64,000 nucleotides of DNA, taken from the NCBI GenBank assembly GCA_041617155.1, contig JBFJPL010000010.1, positions 197 through 64,196 of the forward strand. Reading direction: 5' to 3'. Below are positions 19,382 to 28,822 of this stretch, piece after piece (the stretch's first letter is position 1; every line of letters starts with the position of its first letter). The translations under genes and the position numbers were made by a program. The notes beneath the pieces are model-generated. The model had not been told where the DNA came from. It did no database searches and was given only the letters and a program-made list of their open reading frames with translations. This DNA comes from Kiloniellales bacterium (lineage in GTDB: Bacteria > Pseudomonadota > Alphaproteobacteria > Kiloniellales > JAKSDN01).

Positions 19382-20445
19382 ATCACGTCTCCCTTGTTCG
19401 TCTCGTTGTCATCGGGGGGAAGCAGCCGGACGGCGTCCGGCGGTATCGCGACCGCCTTGGGTGCAGCGCGATCTCGGGTCTCGACTCGGATCACATGGCC
19501 TTCGACCGCAAAATCGAAGCGCCGGATCGAGCCGAGAAAGCGGTCTTGTGTAACCTGACCCTTGAAATAGTTGGGGGGCGGTGTTTCGCGGTCCTCGAAA
19601 TAGAGGTCGAGCCGTTCGGGCCGGACCAGCACCAGGACCTTGTCGCCGGCGCGCGCGCCCTCTTGCCGGTGGCCGAGGCGGCCGATCGGCGTATCGACCT
19701 CATAGGCCCCGCATACGGTGCCCTGCCAGAAATTGGCCTGCCCGACGAAGCGCGCGACGAAGCGGGTTCGCGGCCGGTCGTAAACCTCGTCGGGTCGGCC
19801 GACTTGAACGATCTCGCCCTCGCTCATGACCGCCACGCGGTCGGCGATCGACAGGGCTTCTTCCTGATCGTGGGTGACATGGATGGTGGCGATGCCGGCT
19901 TCGCGCTGGACCCGGCGAATCTCGTCGCGCATGGCGACGCGAAGCCCGGCGTCGAGGGCCGAGAGCGGCTCATCCAAAAGCAGCGCGCGAGGCTCGAACA
20001 CCAGGGCGCGGGCCAGGGCGACGCGCTGCTGCTGCCCGCCGGACAGGGTCTTGGGAGCGCGGTCGCCGAAGCCTGAGAGGCCGACCCGGTCGAGCATTTC
20101 TTCCGCGCTCCGCCGCCGCCCGGCACGGGTGACGCCACGAACTTTCAGCGGATAGGCGACATTGTCGAGGGTGCTCATGTGCGGAAACAGCGCGTAGTTC
20201 TGAAACACCATGCCGAGCCGGCGGCGTTCCGGCGACAGGGTGCCGACGTCGTGACCGTCGACATTGATGCGCCCATGATCGGGATAGAAAAATCCGGCCA
20301 GCAGCTTGAGACAGGTGCTCTTGCCCGATCCTGATGGACCGATCAGGGCGACCAACTCGCCGTCCTCGACCGCGAGGTCGACCCCCCTGACTCCGGTCCG
20401 GGTGCCGGGATAGGTGAAGGATACGGCGTCGAAGCGAACCGGCAT
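19378..20445 (-). CDS. ABC transporter ATP-binding protein (PotA/FbpC-like)
   Basis: Walker A GPSGSGKST, signature LSGGQQQRVALARAL, Walker B LLLDEPLSALD, plus a C-terminal TOBE-like region. Confidence 0.95.
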   Translation of the reverse strand: MPVRFDAVSFTYPGTRTGVRGVDLAVEDGELVALIGPSGSGKSTCLKLLAGFFYPDHGRINVDGHDVGTLSPERRRLGMVFQNYALFPHMSTLDNVAYPLKVRGVTRAGRRRSAEEMLDRVGLSGFGDRAPKTLSGGQQQRVALARALVFEPRALLLDEPLSALDAGLRVAMRDEIRRVQREAGIATIHVTHDQEEALSIADRVAVMSEGEIVQVGRPDEVYDRPRTRFVARFVGQANFWQGTVCGAYEVDTPIGRLGHRQEGARAGDKVLVLVRPERLDLYFEDRETPPPNYFKGQVTQDRFLGSIRRFDFAVEGHVIRVETRDRAAPKAVAIPPDAVRLLPPDDNETNKGDVI

Positions 20446-20455
20446 GGCGATGTCC

Positions 20456-21226
20456 CTACCTGGTCTGTGCGCCGCGCGCGGTCAGCGCGCCGGCCGCCGC
20501 CGCCAAAATGGCCAATACCAGAAGCACGACGGTCGCCGCGCAGGCAAAGCCCGTGGCGCCGTAGAAGGCCTGCAGCAGGACCACCGGGTAGGTTCGGCTA
20601 AGAAAGCCCGCGACCAGGTTGGAAAGCTGAAACTCGCCGATCGAGATCGCCGCGACGGTTATCAGCCCCGACATCAGGCTGTGCTGCAAACCGGGCACGA
20701 CGATATCGAAGAAACGATTCCTGAAGGAGGCGCCCAGGGTCGCCGCCACCCGCTCGAGATCTTCCAGGCCGAGAGACGCCATGTCGGCCAGCAAGACGTT
20801 GAGAAGATAGGGCAGAGTCAGCACCACATGGGCCAGGACCAGCAGCCAAGTGGACCCGAGAAACGGCAGGGTATCGCTTGAAAAAACCAGGATGAAGCCA
20901 AAGGCCAAGACCAGTTCGGGCACCGCGATGGGCATCAGCGACACGATCCGCGCCGCGGTCTTGACGCCGGCGCGCGCGGCGCTGTTGATCGCGTAGGCGA
21001 GCGGCAAGCCGATCAGTGTGTTGAGCACGCAGGTACACAAGACCACGACGAGGCTTGTCTCGAAGGCACGGCGGAAGCTCGGGTCGGTGAAGACCTCCAG
21101 ATACCATTCGGTGGTAAACCCGGAGGGCAGCAGGGTGCCGGTCCAAGTGGCGCCGAAGGAGCCGACGAACAGCAGGAGAATCGGCGCTGCGAGATAGAGA
21201 AGATAGGCTCCCGTGACGGCACGCAT
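20456..21226 (-). CDS. ABC transporter permease (PotC-like)
   Basis: 256 aa, multi-TM, and the first gene of the minus-strand operon 21226..17451. Confidence 0.9.
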   Translation of the reverse strand: MRAVTGAYLLYLAAPILLLFVGSFGATWTGTLLPSGFTTEWYLEVFTDPSFRRAFETSLVVVLCTCVLNTLIGLPLAYAINSAARAGVKTAARIVSLMPIAVPELVLAFGFILVFSSDTLPFLGSTWLLVLAHVVLTLPYLLNVLLADMASLGLEDLERVAATLGASFRNRFFDIVVPGLQHSLMSGLITVAAISIGEFQLSNLVAGFLSRTYPVVLLQAFYGATGFACAATVVLLVLAILAAAAGALTARGAQTR

Positions 21227-21325
21227 AACGATACTTACCTTGGACGATTTGTTTCATTGAACAGTGTCTTGCTGGTTCCTTCCACTCGAACCGGGACTCA
21301 GGCTACCTGTAAGCGGCGGCGCATG

Positions 21326-21949
21326 TCAGCCGTCGAGTGCGAGGATGCGCCGCGCCACCCGCTCCAACGCGGTTTCGATATCCGTGCAGCGCACCGCGCC
21401 CGGCACCTCCGGCGCGTCCTCCAAGGCGATCACCAGCCGATCGAAATGCAGGCCGAAGGCCATCTCGGACAGGGTCCCGTATTCGCCGCCGATGGCGAGC
21501 AACGCGATCGCGGCGCGCGCGATCAGGGCGTTGCGCGCGGGACCCAGGCCGGTTGCGATAGGTATGGCGATATAGGGGTTGGCCTCGCGCCACTCATCGC
21601 CCGGCAGGATGCCGATCGGCAGGCCGCCGGCCGCCTGATGGCCGCGCGACGCGGCTTCCATCACGCCCGATCGGCCGCCGCAGACCATCGGCACGCCGAG
21701 TTCGCCCAGGCGGCGGCCGAGAGTCTCGGCCACTTCCATCTGGCGGGGGCTGGCGTTCTTGGGGCCGATCACGGCCACCGGCACGCGCCGGACCTTAGAT
21801 TGGGAATAAAGCCAGGCGACGGCGGCGAGAGGCGTGATCTCGCGCGCGTCTTGCGGCCGGCCCTCAGGAGGCAGCCAAGCGAGCGTCCAAGGGTCGAACC
21901 TGGCGCCATCTCGAAGCAGCGCATTGGCCGCTTGGCTGAATTCGAGCAT
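21326..21949 (-). CDS. TIGR00725/LOG-like Rossmann-fold protein
   Basis: Part of ORF 21326..21973 (TTG). ATG at 21949 is preceded by TGGAGG. Motifs VCGGRSGVMEAASRG and IGGEYGTLSEM are present. Confidence 0.8.
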   Translation of the reverse strand: MLEFSQAANALLRDGARFDPWTLAWLPPEGRPQDAREITPLAAVAWLYSQSKVRRVPVAVIGPKNASPRQMEVAETLGRRLGELGVPMVCGGRSGVMEAASRGHQAAGGLPIGILPGDEWREANPYIAIPIATGLGPARNALIARAAIALLAIGGEYGTLSEMAFGLHFDRLVIALEDAPEVPGAVRCTDIETALERVARRILALDG

Positions 21950-22082
21950 CCGGTGGCCTCCAGCTTCGCTCAAACCAATTAACCCGACAATTCGCAGATG
22001 GCATCCAAATTTTCGGCAACTGTACTATCGCCCCACCACCGGCGGAACTGTAGCCCCCCTTTGCCGGCATCCGATAGCACGA

Positions 22083-22296
22083 TCTCGGCAGTCCGCCGGG
22101 GCGGGTCTTGGCCGGAGTTCATAGACCAGGCTCAGGGATTTCCGGAACGCTTCCCTCGGCACGGACATCTGGCCGATTGAAAGGTGGCATAGCGCCCTTC
22201 AGCAACGGCCTTGGCACCGATCTCGATCAGCTTCTCGCGCAGGGCGGTCAGCGGCGAATACTCGAACTCCCGTGGCTGATCCCGTGTCCGGTTGGG
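22083..22296 (-). pseudogene. C-terminal remnant of a DDE transposase, frameshifted
   Basis: Minus-strand translation gives PREFEYSPLTALREKLIEIGAKAVAEGRYATFQ. After a 1-nt frame change it continues MSVPREAFRKSLSLVYELRPRPAPA. From memory this matches the conserved C-terminus (..LREKLIKIGAKVV.HGRY..FQ.AEVA.PR..F..IL..I..LRP.P) of an IS4/IS1380-like transposase group. No upstream transposase body is present. Confidence 0.5.
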
Positions 22297-22507
22297 TCAC
22301 GAGCGGCCGTCCTGGCTCGTCCGTGGCAACGGCCGCTGTTGGATCGAAAGCCGCCATCGCCGATTATGCAAGAACGCTTGGTTCAGATGCGGCGCCACGC
22401 TCACGGGTGTCATTCCCTCTTGATGGGGCAGGGCAATCACACCGGCGCCGTCTTGAAGAGCCTATCCCGATGGCGAACAAACGCTAAGATCGGCTTGGCG
22501 GCGGGGC

Positions 22508-23752
22508 TTGACGCCACGAGTGCGAGGTCAAATCGAAGGGCAGTGGGGAGCAGCGGGCGTGAGACCTTCGTTCGGGCGCGTGGTTTGGCCCCTGGCGGTC
22601 GCCGAGACCGTGGTCTGGGCCGCCATGTTCTACAGCTTCCCGGCCCTGTTGCCCGCATGGGAGGCGGACCTCGGCTGGTCGAAGACCGAGCTCTCCGCGG
22701 CCTTCACGCTCGCCCTGGTGGTCTCGGCGGCGCTCGCCCCGGTCGCCGGGCGTCTGATCGACCACGGCTTCGGCCGGCAGGTCTTCGCCGGCGGCGCGCT
22801 GCTCGGCGCCGTGCTGCTCGCCTTGCTGTCCCAGGTGACCCAGCCCTGGCAGTTCACCTGCCTCTGGTTCGGCCTCGGCATCGCCATGTCGAGCTCGCTC
22901 TACGAGGCCTGCTTCGCCGTACTCACCCGGACGATGGGGTCGGACGCCAAGAAGGCGATCACGCTGGTTAGCCTGGTCGCCGGGTTTGCCGGCACCGTGT
23001 CGTTTCCCTCCGCCCACGGCCTGGTGGCGGCGGTCGGCTGGCGCGGCACGGTGCTGGTGTTCGCCGCCGCCATCGTCGCCGTGGCGGTGCCGCTGATCTG
23101 GATCGGCTGCCGGGGCGCCGAGCGGCACGGCGAGAGCCATGCCCTGCCGGCCAGCGAGAAGACCGCCCAGGCCTTCCGGGTGATCGGAACCTGGCCCTTC
23201 TGGCTGCTCGCCGTGGCCTACGCGATGTTCGCGCTAGACCATGGCCTGGTGATCACCCATGTCCTGCCGATCCTCGACGACCGCGGCGTACATGCCGATG
23301 CCGCGGTGCTCGCCGCCTCGATGATCGGCCCGATGCAGGTCGCCGGGCGGCTCGCCATGATGGCAGCCGACCGCTACGTCTCGACGCTGACCATCGCGCT
23401 CGCCTGCTACGTCGCTTTGGGCGTCGCGGCGGGCGCGCTGTTCGGCGCCAGCCTGATCCCGGGTCTGGTGGTCGTCTTCGTCATCTGCCACGGCGCCGGC
23501 AACGGCGTGACCAGCATCATCCGCCCGGTCGTGACCGCCGAGCTCTTGGGGCGGCGGAACTTCGGCGCGGTCTCGGGCCTGCTCGCGGTGTCCTTCGTCG
23601 GCGGCATCGCCGTCGCCCCCACGGTGGCGGCCGTGGTCTGGGAGGCCGGCGGCTACGATCTGGTGCTGCTGCTCGCGATCGCGGCCGCGGCGCTCGGCTT
23701 GCTGGCGCTCTCGGCCGCCTGGTGGTCGGCGAAATCGAGACCGCCGGTCTAG
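22508..23752 (+). CDS. MFS transporter
   Basis: 414 aa (TTG start, uncertain). About 12 hydrophobic helices are present, with an MFS loop motif-like GRLIDHGFGRQ. Confidence 0.85.
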   Translation: MTPRVRGQIEGQWGAAGVRPSFGRVVWPLAVAETVVWAAMFYSFPALLPAWEADLGWSKTELSAAFTLALVVSAALAPVAGRLIDHGFGRQVFAGGALLGAVLLALLSQVTQPWQFTCLWFGLGIAMSSSLYEACFAVLTRTMGSDAKKAITLVSLVAGFAGTVSFPSAHGLVAAVGWRGTVLVFAAAIVAVAVPLIWIGCRGAERHGESHALPASEKTAQAFRVIGTWPFWLLAVAYAMFALDHGLVITHVLPILDDRGVHADAAVLAASMIGPMQVAGRLAMMAADRYVSTLTIALACYVALGVAAGALFGASLIPGLVVVFVICHGAGNGVTSIIRPVVTAELLGRRNFGAVSGLLAVSFVGGIAVAPTVAAVVWEAGGYDLVLLLAIAAAALGLLALSAAWWSAKSRPPV

Positions 23753-23777
23753 GCGTGACTGCCGATCGCTTGCGCCT

Positions 23778-24785
23778 TCAGGCCGCGCCGGTCTCCAGCA
23801 CCGCGGCGCCCTGCAGGCGGCCGTCGCGCAGGCGGCTGAGCGCCTCGTTGGCCTGCTCGAGCGGCAGGGCCTCGACATGGGTCTCGACCGGGATCCGGGG
23901 AGCGAGCGCCAGGAACTCCTCGCCGTCCCGGCGGGTCAGGTTGGCGACCGAGGCCAGCTTGCGTTCGCGCCACAGGATCTCATAGGGGAAGCTCGGGATG
24001 TCCGACATGTGGATGCCGGCGCAGACCACGGTGCCGCCCGGCGCCACGGCCCGGAGCGCGGCCGGCACCAGGGCGCCGATCGGGGCGTAGAGGATCGCGG
24101 CGTCGAGCGGCTCGGGCGGCGTTTGGTCCGAATCGCCCACCCAGGCCGCGCCCAGACGCCGGGCGAAGTCCTTGGCCGCTTGGTCGCCCGGGCGCACGAA
24201 GGCGAAGACCCGGCGGCCCTGGTAGCGGGCCACCTGCGCGACGATATGGGCGGCCGCGCCGAAGCCGTAGAGCCCGATCCGCTCGGCCTCGCCAGCCAGC
24301 CGGAGCGAGCGGTAGCCGATTAAGCCGGCGCACAGCAGCGGCGCCGCCGCGACATCGCTCAGGCCGTCGGCCAGGGGGAAGCAATAGCGCTGGTCGGCGA
24401 CTAGGTAGTCGGCGTAGCCGCCGTCCAGGGTGTAGCCGGTGAAGCGCGCCGTTTCGCACAGGTTCTCCCGGCCGGCCGCGCAGTAGCGACAGGCCCCGCA
24501 GGTCCAGCCGAGCCACGGCACGCCGACCCGCGTGCCCTCGGCGAAGCGCGCCACACCGGGCCCGAGGGCGGCCACCCGCCCGACCACCTCGTGCCCGGGG
24601 ATGAGCGGCAGCTTGGGCTCGGTCAGCTCGCCGTCGCAGACGTGCAGATCGGTGCGGCAGACGCCGCAGGCGGCGACCCGCACCAGGACCTGACCCGGCC
24701 CCGGCTCGGGCATGGCGCGCTCTTCCAGCCGCAGCGGCCGGTTGGCCTCGTGCAGCACCATCGCGCGTATTATTTCGCTCACCAT
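23778..24785 (-). CDS. Zinc-dependent alcohol dehydrogenase
   Basis: Part of ORF 23778..24803. ATG at 24785 is preceded by GGGAGGA. Motifs [17 protein letters not shown] and a GxGxxA Rossmann motif (YGFGAAAH) are present. Confidence 0.9.
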   Translation of the reverse strand: MVSEIIRAMVLHEANRPLRLEERAMPEPGPGQVLVRVAACGVCRTDLHVCDGELTEPKLPLIPGHEVVGRVAALGPGVARFAEGTRVGVPWLGWTCGACRYCAAGRENLCETARFTGYTLDGGYADYLVADQRYCFPLADGLSDVAAAPLLCAGLIGYRSLRLAGEAERIGLYGFGAAAHIVAQVARYQGRRVFAFVRPGDQAAKDFARRLGAAWVGDSDQTPPEPLDAAILYAPIGALVPAALRAVAPGGTVVCAGIHMSDIPSFPYEILWRERKLASVANLTRRDGEEFLALAPRIPVETHVEALPLEQANEALSRLRDGRLQGAAVLETGAA

Positions 24786-24901
24786 TGGATCGCGTCCTCC
24801 CAAAGGAAAGCCGAAATTGTAGTGTGTTTTTAGCGAAGACCGGAACGGCCCCGGCGTCTTTGACGCAGATCAGCAGGAAAGAGAAGGGAGTCTGTCCCGA
24901 C

Positions 24902-25438
24902 TCACGGGTGAGCGCCGCCCGCACCATTGGGCGGCGTCCAGAGGACGCGGATCGGGAATTCCTTGCCGATGATCGCGGTGGCCAGGCCGAGGCAGATCAC
25001 CGTGACCACGCAGGTGCGCTCGCAGTGGAACGGCAGGGCGGTGACGAAGCCGTAGCTGCTGGCGAGCACCAGCGAGAACCAGCACCAGCGCCACCAGTGC
25101 CACAGGTGGCGCGGGTCCTGGCTGATGCGGTACTTCATGATCTCGTTGGGGTCGTAGTGCTGGCCGCCGTTGCGCCGGGCGCGCACCACCTTGGAGAGCG
25201 CCGTCAAGGCCAGGTGATGGGCCGCCGCGGCCAGCAGGACCGCGGTCAGGCCCGGCTCGGTGCGGACCTCGAAGACCCGGTCGACCAGGCCGATCGCGAC
25301 GATGCAGATGGCGCCGCTGGCCACGCCAAGGGCCATGGCGAAGCCGCCGGAGACGGCCCAGGTCTTGAGCGAACGCCAGTCGAAGGCCTCGACCAGGCCG
25401 GGCCGCTCGCCGCGCTCATGGCGGCCGTCCTCGGGCAT
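24902..25438 (-). CDS. Four-TM membrane protein, unknown family (paralog A)
   Basis: Part of ORF 24902..25459. ATG at 25438 is preceded by GGGAG. It shares FDW..LKTWAV.GGFA, LH/HHLALTAL and a C-terminal EFPIRVL with paralog B. Confidence 0.65.
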   Translation of the reverse strand: MPEDGRHERGERPGLVEAFDWRSLKTWAVSGGFAMALGVASGAICIVAIGLVDRVFEVRTEPGLTAVLLAAAAHHLALTALSKVVRARRNGGQHYDPNEIMKYRISQDPRHLWHWWRWCWFSLVLASSYGFVTALPFHCERTCVVTVICLGLATAIIGKEFPIRVLWTPPNGAGGAHP

Positions 25439-25650
25439 TGTGGGCTCCCGCGAGAGCAAAAGCCCAGCTTATCGGACCGGGGTTGATGGCCGCTTAACGC
25501 TGTCGAAGCCGCAGCCATAGCGGGCCCGGTGGCCTCGGGTTCCTGGCGGTTGTAAGTCGACCATGAGCCCTGGTGCTTTCGCGATCACTCACCCGTGCCA
25601 GGCTCGGGTCCCGCTTCGCGCCCTGCTGCGCAGCCGGAGCTTCCAGGGAT

Positions 25651-25690
25651 GCGGCCGCCCCTGGATTGCCGGATCAAGCCCGGCAATGAC
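25651..25690. repeat. REP-like hairpin (family 1)
   Basis: GCGGCCGCCCCTGGATTGCCG-gatcaagc-CCGGCAATGAC has the same architecture as 9348..9399. Confidence 0.55.
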
Positions 25691-25725
25691 AGCCGCGGGA
25701 GTATGACGCGTTGGCCTCCAGGCTC

Positions 25726-26226
25726 CTAGCGCGAGCGCCGTTCCAGCACGCGGATCGGGTATTCCAGGCCGATCACGATGATCACCGCGCCGAACGCGAG
25801 CGCCAGGCCGGCGTCGATGCCCTGGACGCGGAGGCTGAGCGCGTTGACGCCGTAGATCACCATCCAGATCAGGCAAATCCAGGGCAGCAGGAACAGGCCG
25901 TCCTTGGGGTAGCTGACGATCTCGCGGATCAGGATGCCCCGGCCGTCCGACGGTCCGGCGCCGACCGCCCGGCCCAGGGCCAGCAGGGCGAAGAGATGCA
26001 GGATGCCCGCGAAGACCGCGCTGGCGGTCATGGCCTCGAGCGATCCCGGGCCGGCCGGCGCGATCGTGGCGACCAGCATGGTCGCGCCAATGGTGAGGAG
26101 GGCGCTGGCGGCGCCCAGAACGACGGCGAAGCCGAGAAAAACCGCCCAGGTCTGCCACTTCGCCCAGTTGAACGCCGCCGCCAGTCCCGAGCGCTGGTCC
26201 CGCGGGCCGATGCTTGTCTCCGTCAT
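25726..26226 (-). CDS. Four-TM membrane protein, unknown family (paralog B)
   Basis: Part of ORF 25726..26259. ATG at 26226 is preceded by AAGGGGAG. Motifs FNWAKWQTWAVFLGFA, LHLFALLAL and a C-terminal EYPIRVL are present. Confidence 0.65.
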   Translation of the reverse strand: MTETSIGPRDQRSGLAAAFNWAKWQTWAVFLGFAVVLGAASALLTIGATMLVATIAPAGPGSLEAMTASAVFAGILHLFALLALGRAVGAGPSDGRGILIREIVSYPKDGLFLLPWICLIWMVIYGVNALSLRVQGIDAGLALAFGAVIIVIGLEYPIRVLERRSR

Positions 26227-26329
26227 GGAACTCCCCTTGGCTGCTTGCCGCCCCAGCATAGCCCCCGACGGTTGACGGTCTGTTAAGGCGTTTCCCGTTC
26301 AGGTCGTAAATCGGCGGGCGCCACGACCG

Positions 26330-27163
26330 TCACGAGCCCCGATGGCGCGCGCTGGGGAAGAACAGCTGGCGGCCGTCGACCTTGAAGGCGGCGATGGCCT
26401 GCTGGCCTTCGTCGGAGATCAGCCAGTCGATCAGGGCCTGGCCGTCCGCGGCCTTCACGTGCGGGTGGCGTTCGGGATTGACCAGGATGACGCCGTAGGG
26501 GTTGAACAGGCGCGGGTCGCCTTCGGCCAGGACCGCGAGGTCGCGCTTGTTGCGGAACGCCAGCCAGGTCGCCCGGTCACTCAGCAGGTAGCCGCCCAGC
26601 GCCGCCGCCGTGTTGAGCGTGGCCCCCATGCCGGCGCCAGTTTCCCGGTACCAGCCGCCGCTCGCCGCCGCCGGGTCGATGCCGGCGATGCGCCACAGGC
26701 CCTGCTCCTTCTTGTGGGTGCCGCTGTCGTCGCCGCGCGACAGGAAGGTCGCCTTGGCCCGGGCGATCCGGGCCAGCGCCTCGGCCGCGTCGCTCAGCCC
26801 GGCGATGCCGGCCGGGTCGTCCCTGGGGCCGATCAGCACGAAGTCGTTGTACATGACGTCGTGGCGGGCGACGCCGTAACCGCGGGCGACGAAGACGTCC
26901 TCGGAAGGCCGGTGGTGGACCAGCAGCAGGTCGGCGTCGCCCCGTTCGGCCATCTTGATGGCCTGGCCGGTTCCGCGGGCGACGACCCGGACCTGGATGC
27001 CGGTCTTGGCGGTGAAGATCGGCAGCAGATGGGCGAACAGCCCGGAGTTCTCGGTCGAGGTCGTCGAGGCCAGCAGGATGAAGCGGTCGCCGGCTCGGGC
27101 CGGCGCCGCCAGGGCAAGGCCGGCGGCCAGGGCGGCCAGGAGCAGGCGTCGTGCGATTACCAT
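26330..27163 (-). CDS. tupA: Tungstate ABC transporter substrate-binding protein
   Basis: This is the C-terminal 277 aa of the artefactual 590-aa ORF 26330..28102. ATG at 27163 overlaps the tupC stop. Signal peptide is MVIARRLLLAALAAGLALAAPARA. ASTTSTENSGL fits the TupA anion-binding motif. Confidence 0.85.
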   Translation of the reverse strand: MVIARRLLLAALAAGLALAAPARAGDRFILLASTTSTENSGLFAHLLPIFTAKTGIQVRVVARGTGQAIKMAERGDADLLLVHHRPSEDVFVARGYGVARHDVMYNDFVLIGPRDDPAGIAGLSDAAEALARIARAKATFLSRGDDSGTHKKEQGLWRIAGIDPAAASGGWYRETGAGMGATLNTAAALGGYLLSDRATWLAFRNKRDLAVLAEGDPRLFNPYGVILVNPERHPHVKAADGQALIDWLISDEGQQAIAAFKVDGRQLFFPSARHRGS

Positions 27164-27867
27164 AGCAGTTCTCCATCCAGGAAAGCTCGCGCCTCGGGGC
27201 TTGCGGGCGCGCGGAAAAACGCTTCGGCCGGCGCCTGCTCGAGCAGGCGGCCGCGGTGCAGAAACACCACCTCGTCGGCCAGACGCCGGGCCTGGCCGAG
27301 GTCGTGGGTGGTCATGACGATCTTGGTGCCGGCGGCGTGGATCGCGTTGACGATCTCCTCGACCGCGCGGGTCGCCGCCGGGTCGAGGCTGGCGGTCGGC
27401 TCGTCGAGGAACAGCAGGTCCGGCTCCAGCACCCAGGCCCGCGCCAGGGCGAGGCGCTGCTGCTCGCCGGCGGACAGCAGCCGGGCCGGCTGGCGGGCCA
27501 GGGCGGTCAGTCCGGTGCGCGCCAGCACCGCGTCGCGGCGCCCGGCGCGCGCCGGCCGTTCGACCCGGCCGAGCGCCAAGGCATAGTCCACATTGCCGGC
27601 CGCCGAGCGGCGCAGCATGACCGGCCGCTGGAACACCATGGCCTGGCGCGCGGCGGCCCGGGGGCTTTGCCAGACGACCCGGCCGGCGGAGGGCGCGATC
27701 AGGCCGTGGGCGAGGCGCAGCGTCAGGCTCTTGCCGGCGCCATTGGGACCCAGGATGATGGTGCGCGGCCCGGCCTCGAGGGCCAGATCGAGGCCGTCGA
27801 TCAGGCGCCGCCCGCCGGCCACGTAGCTCAGCCCCGCCAGGCGCCCGGGCAGGATCGAGGCATTCAT
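27157..27867 (-). CDS. tupC: Tungstate ABC transporter ATP-binding protein
   Basis: Part of ORF 27157..28044 with ATG at 27867 (MNASILPG). Walker A GPNGAGKS, signature LSAGEQQRLALARA and LFLDEPTASLD are present. Confidence 0.85.
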   Translation of the reverse strand: MNASILPGRLAGLSYVAGGRRLIDGLDLALEAGPRTIILGPNGAGKSLTLRLAHGLIAPSAGRVVWQSPRAAARQAMVFQRPVMLRRSAAGNVDYALALGRVERPARAGRRDAVLARTGLTALARQPARLLSAGEQQRLALARAWVLEPDLLFLDEPTASLDPAATRAVEEIVNAIHAAGTKIVMTTHDLGQARRLADEVVFLHRGRLLEQAPAEAFFRAPASPEARAFLDGELLW

Positions 27868-27879
27868 TGTTGTGCCTGC

Positions 27880-28110
27880 ATTCTTTCCCTCTCCCTCTGG
27901 GAGAGGGAGGGCCGCGCGGCGGAGCCGCGGGAGGGTGAGGGCGCGTTGGTTCTGGCGGGGTGTGAAAAGCAATCTGCCGCTTTGCCGTTCGGCACAAGCC
28001 AACAACCCGCCCTCGCCACGCGCTTCGCGCCCTTGGCAGGCCAAGCCCTCTCCCGAGGGGAGAAGGGACGCTGCCCCAGCCCGCCCCCTTGGAGTGGGCC
28101 ACTATCAGGG
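27880..28110. repeat. REP/MITE-like element (family 2) inside the tup operon
   Basis: Hairpins CTCCCTC-tggga-GAGGGAG (27891..27909) and CCCTCTCCC-gag-GGGAGAAGGG are present. The segment 28008..28072 matches 43674..43735 in inverted orientation. Confidence 0.65.
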
Positions 28111-28120
28111 ATGTTTGGCA

Positions 28121-28822
28121 TCAGGCATGCCCCTTGGCGGCCTCGCCGATCGCGAAGGCGGCGCCGTTCACGCTCAGCGACAGGACGATCAGGATAATGC
28201 CCAGGCCGAGCGCCAGGGGCAGGTCGCCCCGCGCCGTCTCGAGCGCGATCGCCGTGGTCATGACCCGGGTCACGTGGTCGATGTTGCCGCCGACGATCAT
28301 CACCGCGCCGACCTCCGCGCTGGCCCGGCCGAAGCCGGCCAGAACCGCGGTCAGCAGGCTGAAGCGGCCGTCCCACAGCAGGGTCGGGATCGCCCGCGCC
28401 GGCCGGCAGCCGAGCGAGCGGAGCTGCTCCTCGTACTCGTGCCAAAGGTCTTCGACCAGCTGGCGGGTCAGCGCCGCGATGATCGGCACGACCAGCAATG
28501 TCTGGGCGATGATCATCGCCGCCGGCGTGAACAGCAGGCCGAGCACGCCCAAGGGCCCGGCCCGGGACAACAGCAAGTAGACGACCAGCCCGACCACGAC
28601 CGGCGGCAGGCCCATGAAGGCGTTGAGCGCCACGGTCAGCAGCCGCCGGCCGGGGAAACGGAAGAGCGCCAGCGCGGCGCCCACCGGCAGGCCGATCAGC
28701 GCCGCCAGGGCGACCGCCGTGAGGCTCACCCTGAGCGACAGGGCGACGATCTCGACCAGGTTCGGATCGAGGCCGCCGATCAGCCGAAAGGCCGTGGCGA
28801 AGGCCGCGGCGAAGTCGCCCAT
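28121..28822 (-). CDS. tupB: Tungstate ABC transporter permease
   Basis: 233 aa, multi-TM, with an EAA-type loop (EEQLRSLGCRPARAI). It sits in a tup context. Confidence 0.85.
   Translation of the reverse strand: MGDFAAAFATAFRLIGGLDPNLVEIVALSLRVSLTAVALAALIGLPVGAALALFRFPGRRLLTVALNAFMGLPPVVVGLVVYLLLSRAGPLGVLGLLFTPAAMIIAQTLLVVPIIAALTRQLVEDLWHEYEEQLRSLGCRPARAIPTLLWDGRFSLLTAVLAGFGRASAEVGAVMIVGGNIDHVTRVMTTAIALETARGDLPLALGLGIILIVLSLSVNGAAFAIGEAAKGHA

Noticed and set aside
26330-28102. Very long same-frame ORFs read as single genes: 26330..28102 (590 aa), 40484..42505 (673 aa) and 43760..46498 (912 aa).
   Set aside because: In each case only the C-terminal part has a recognisable domain. The N-terminal part is low-complexity and overlaps another well-supported gene in a different frame (tupC, the lipoprotein, the DUF2868-like gene). 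Internal starts with ATGA/GTGA coupling explain the data better.
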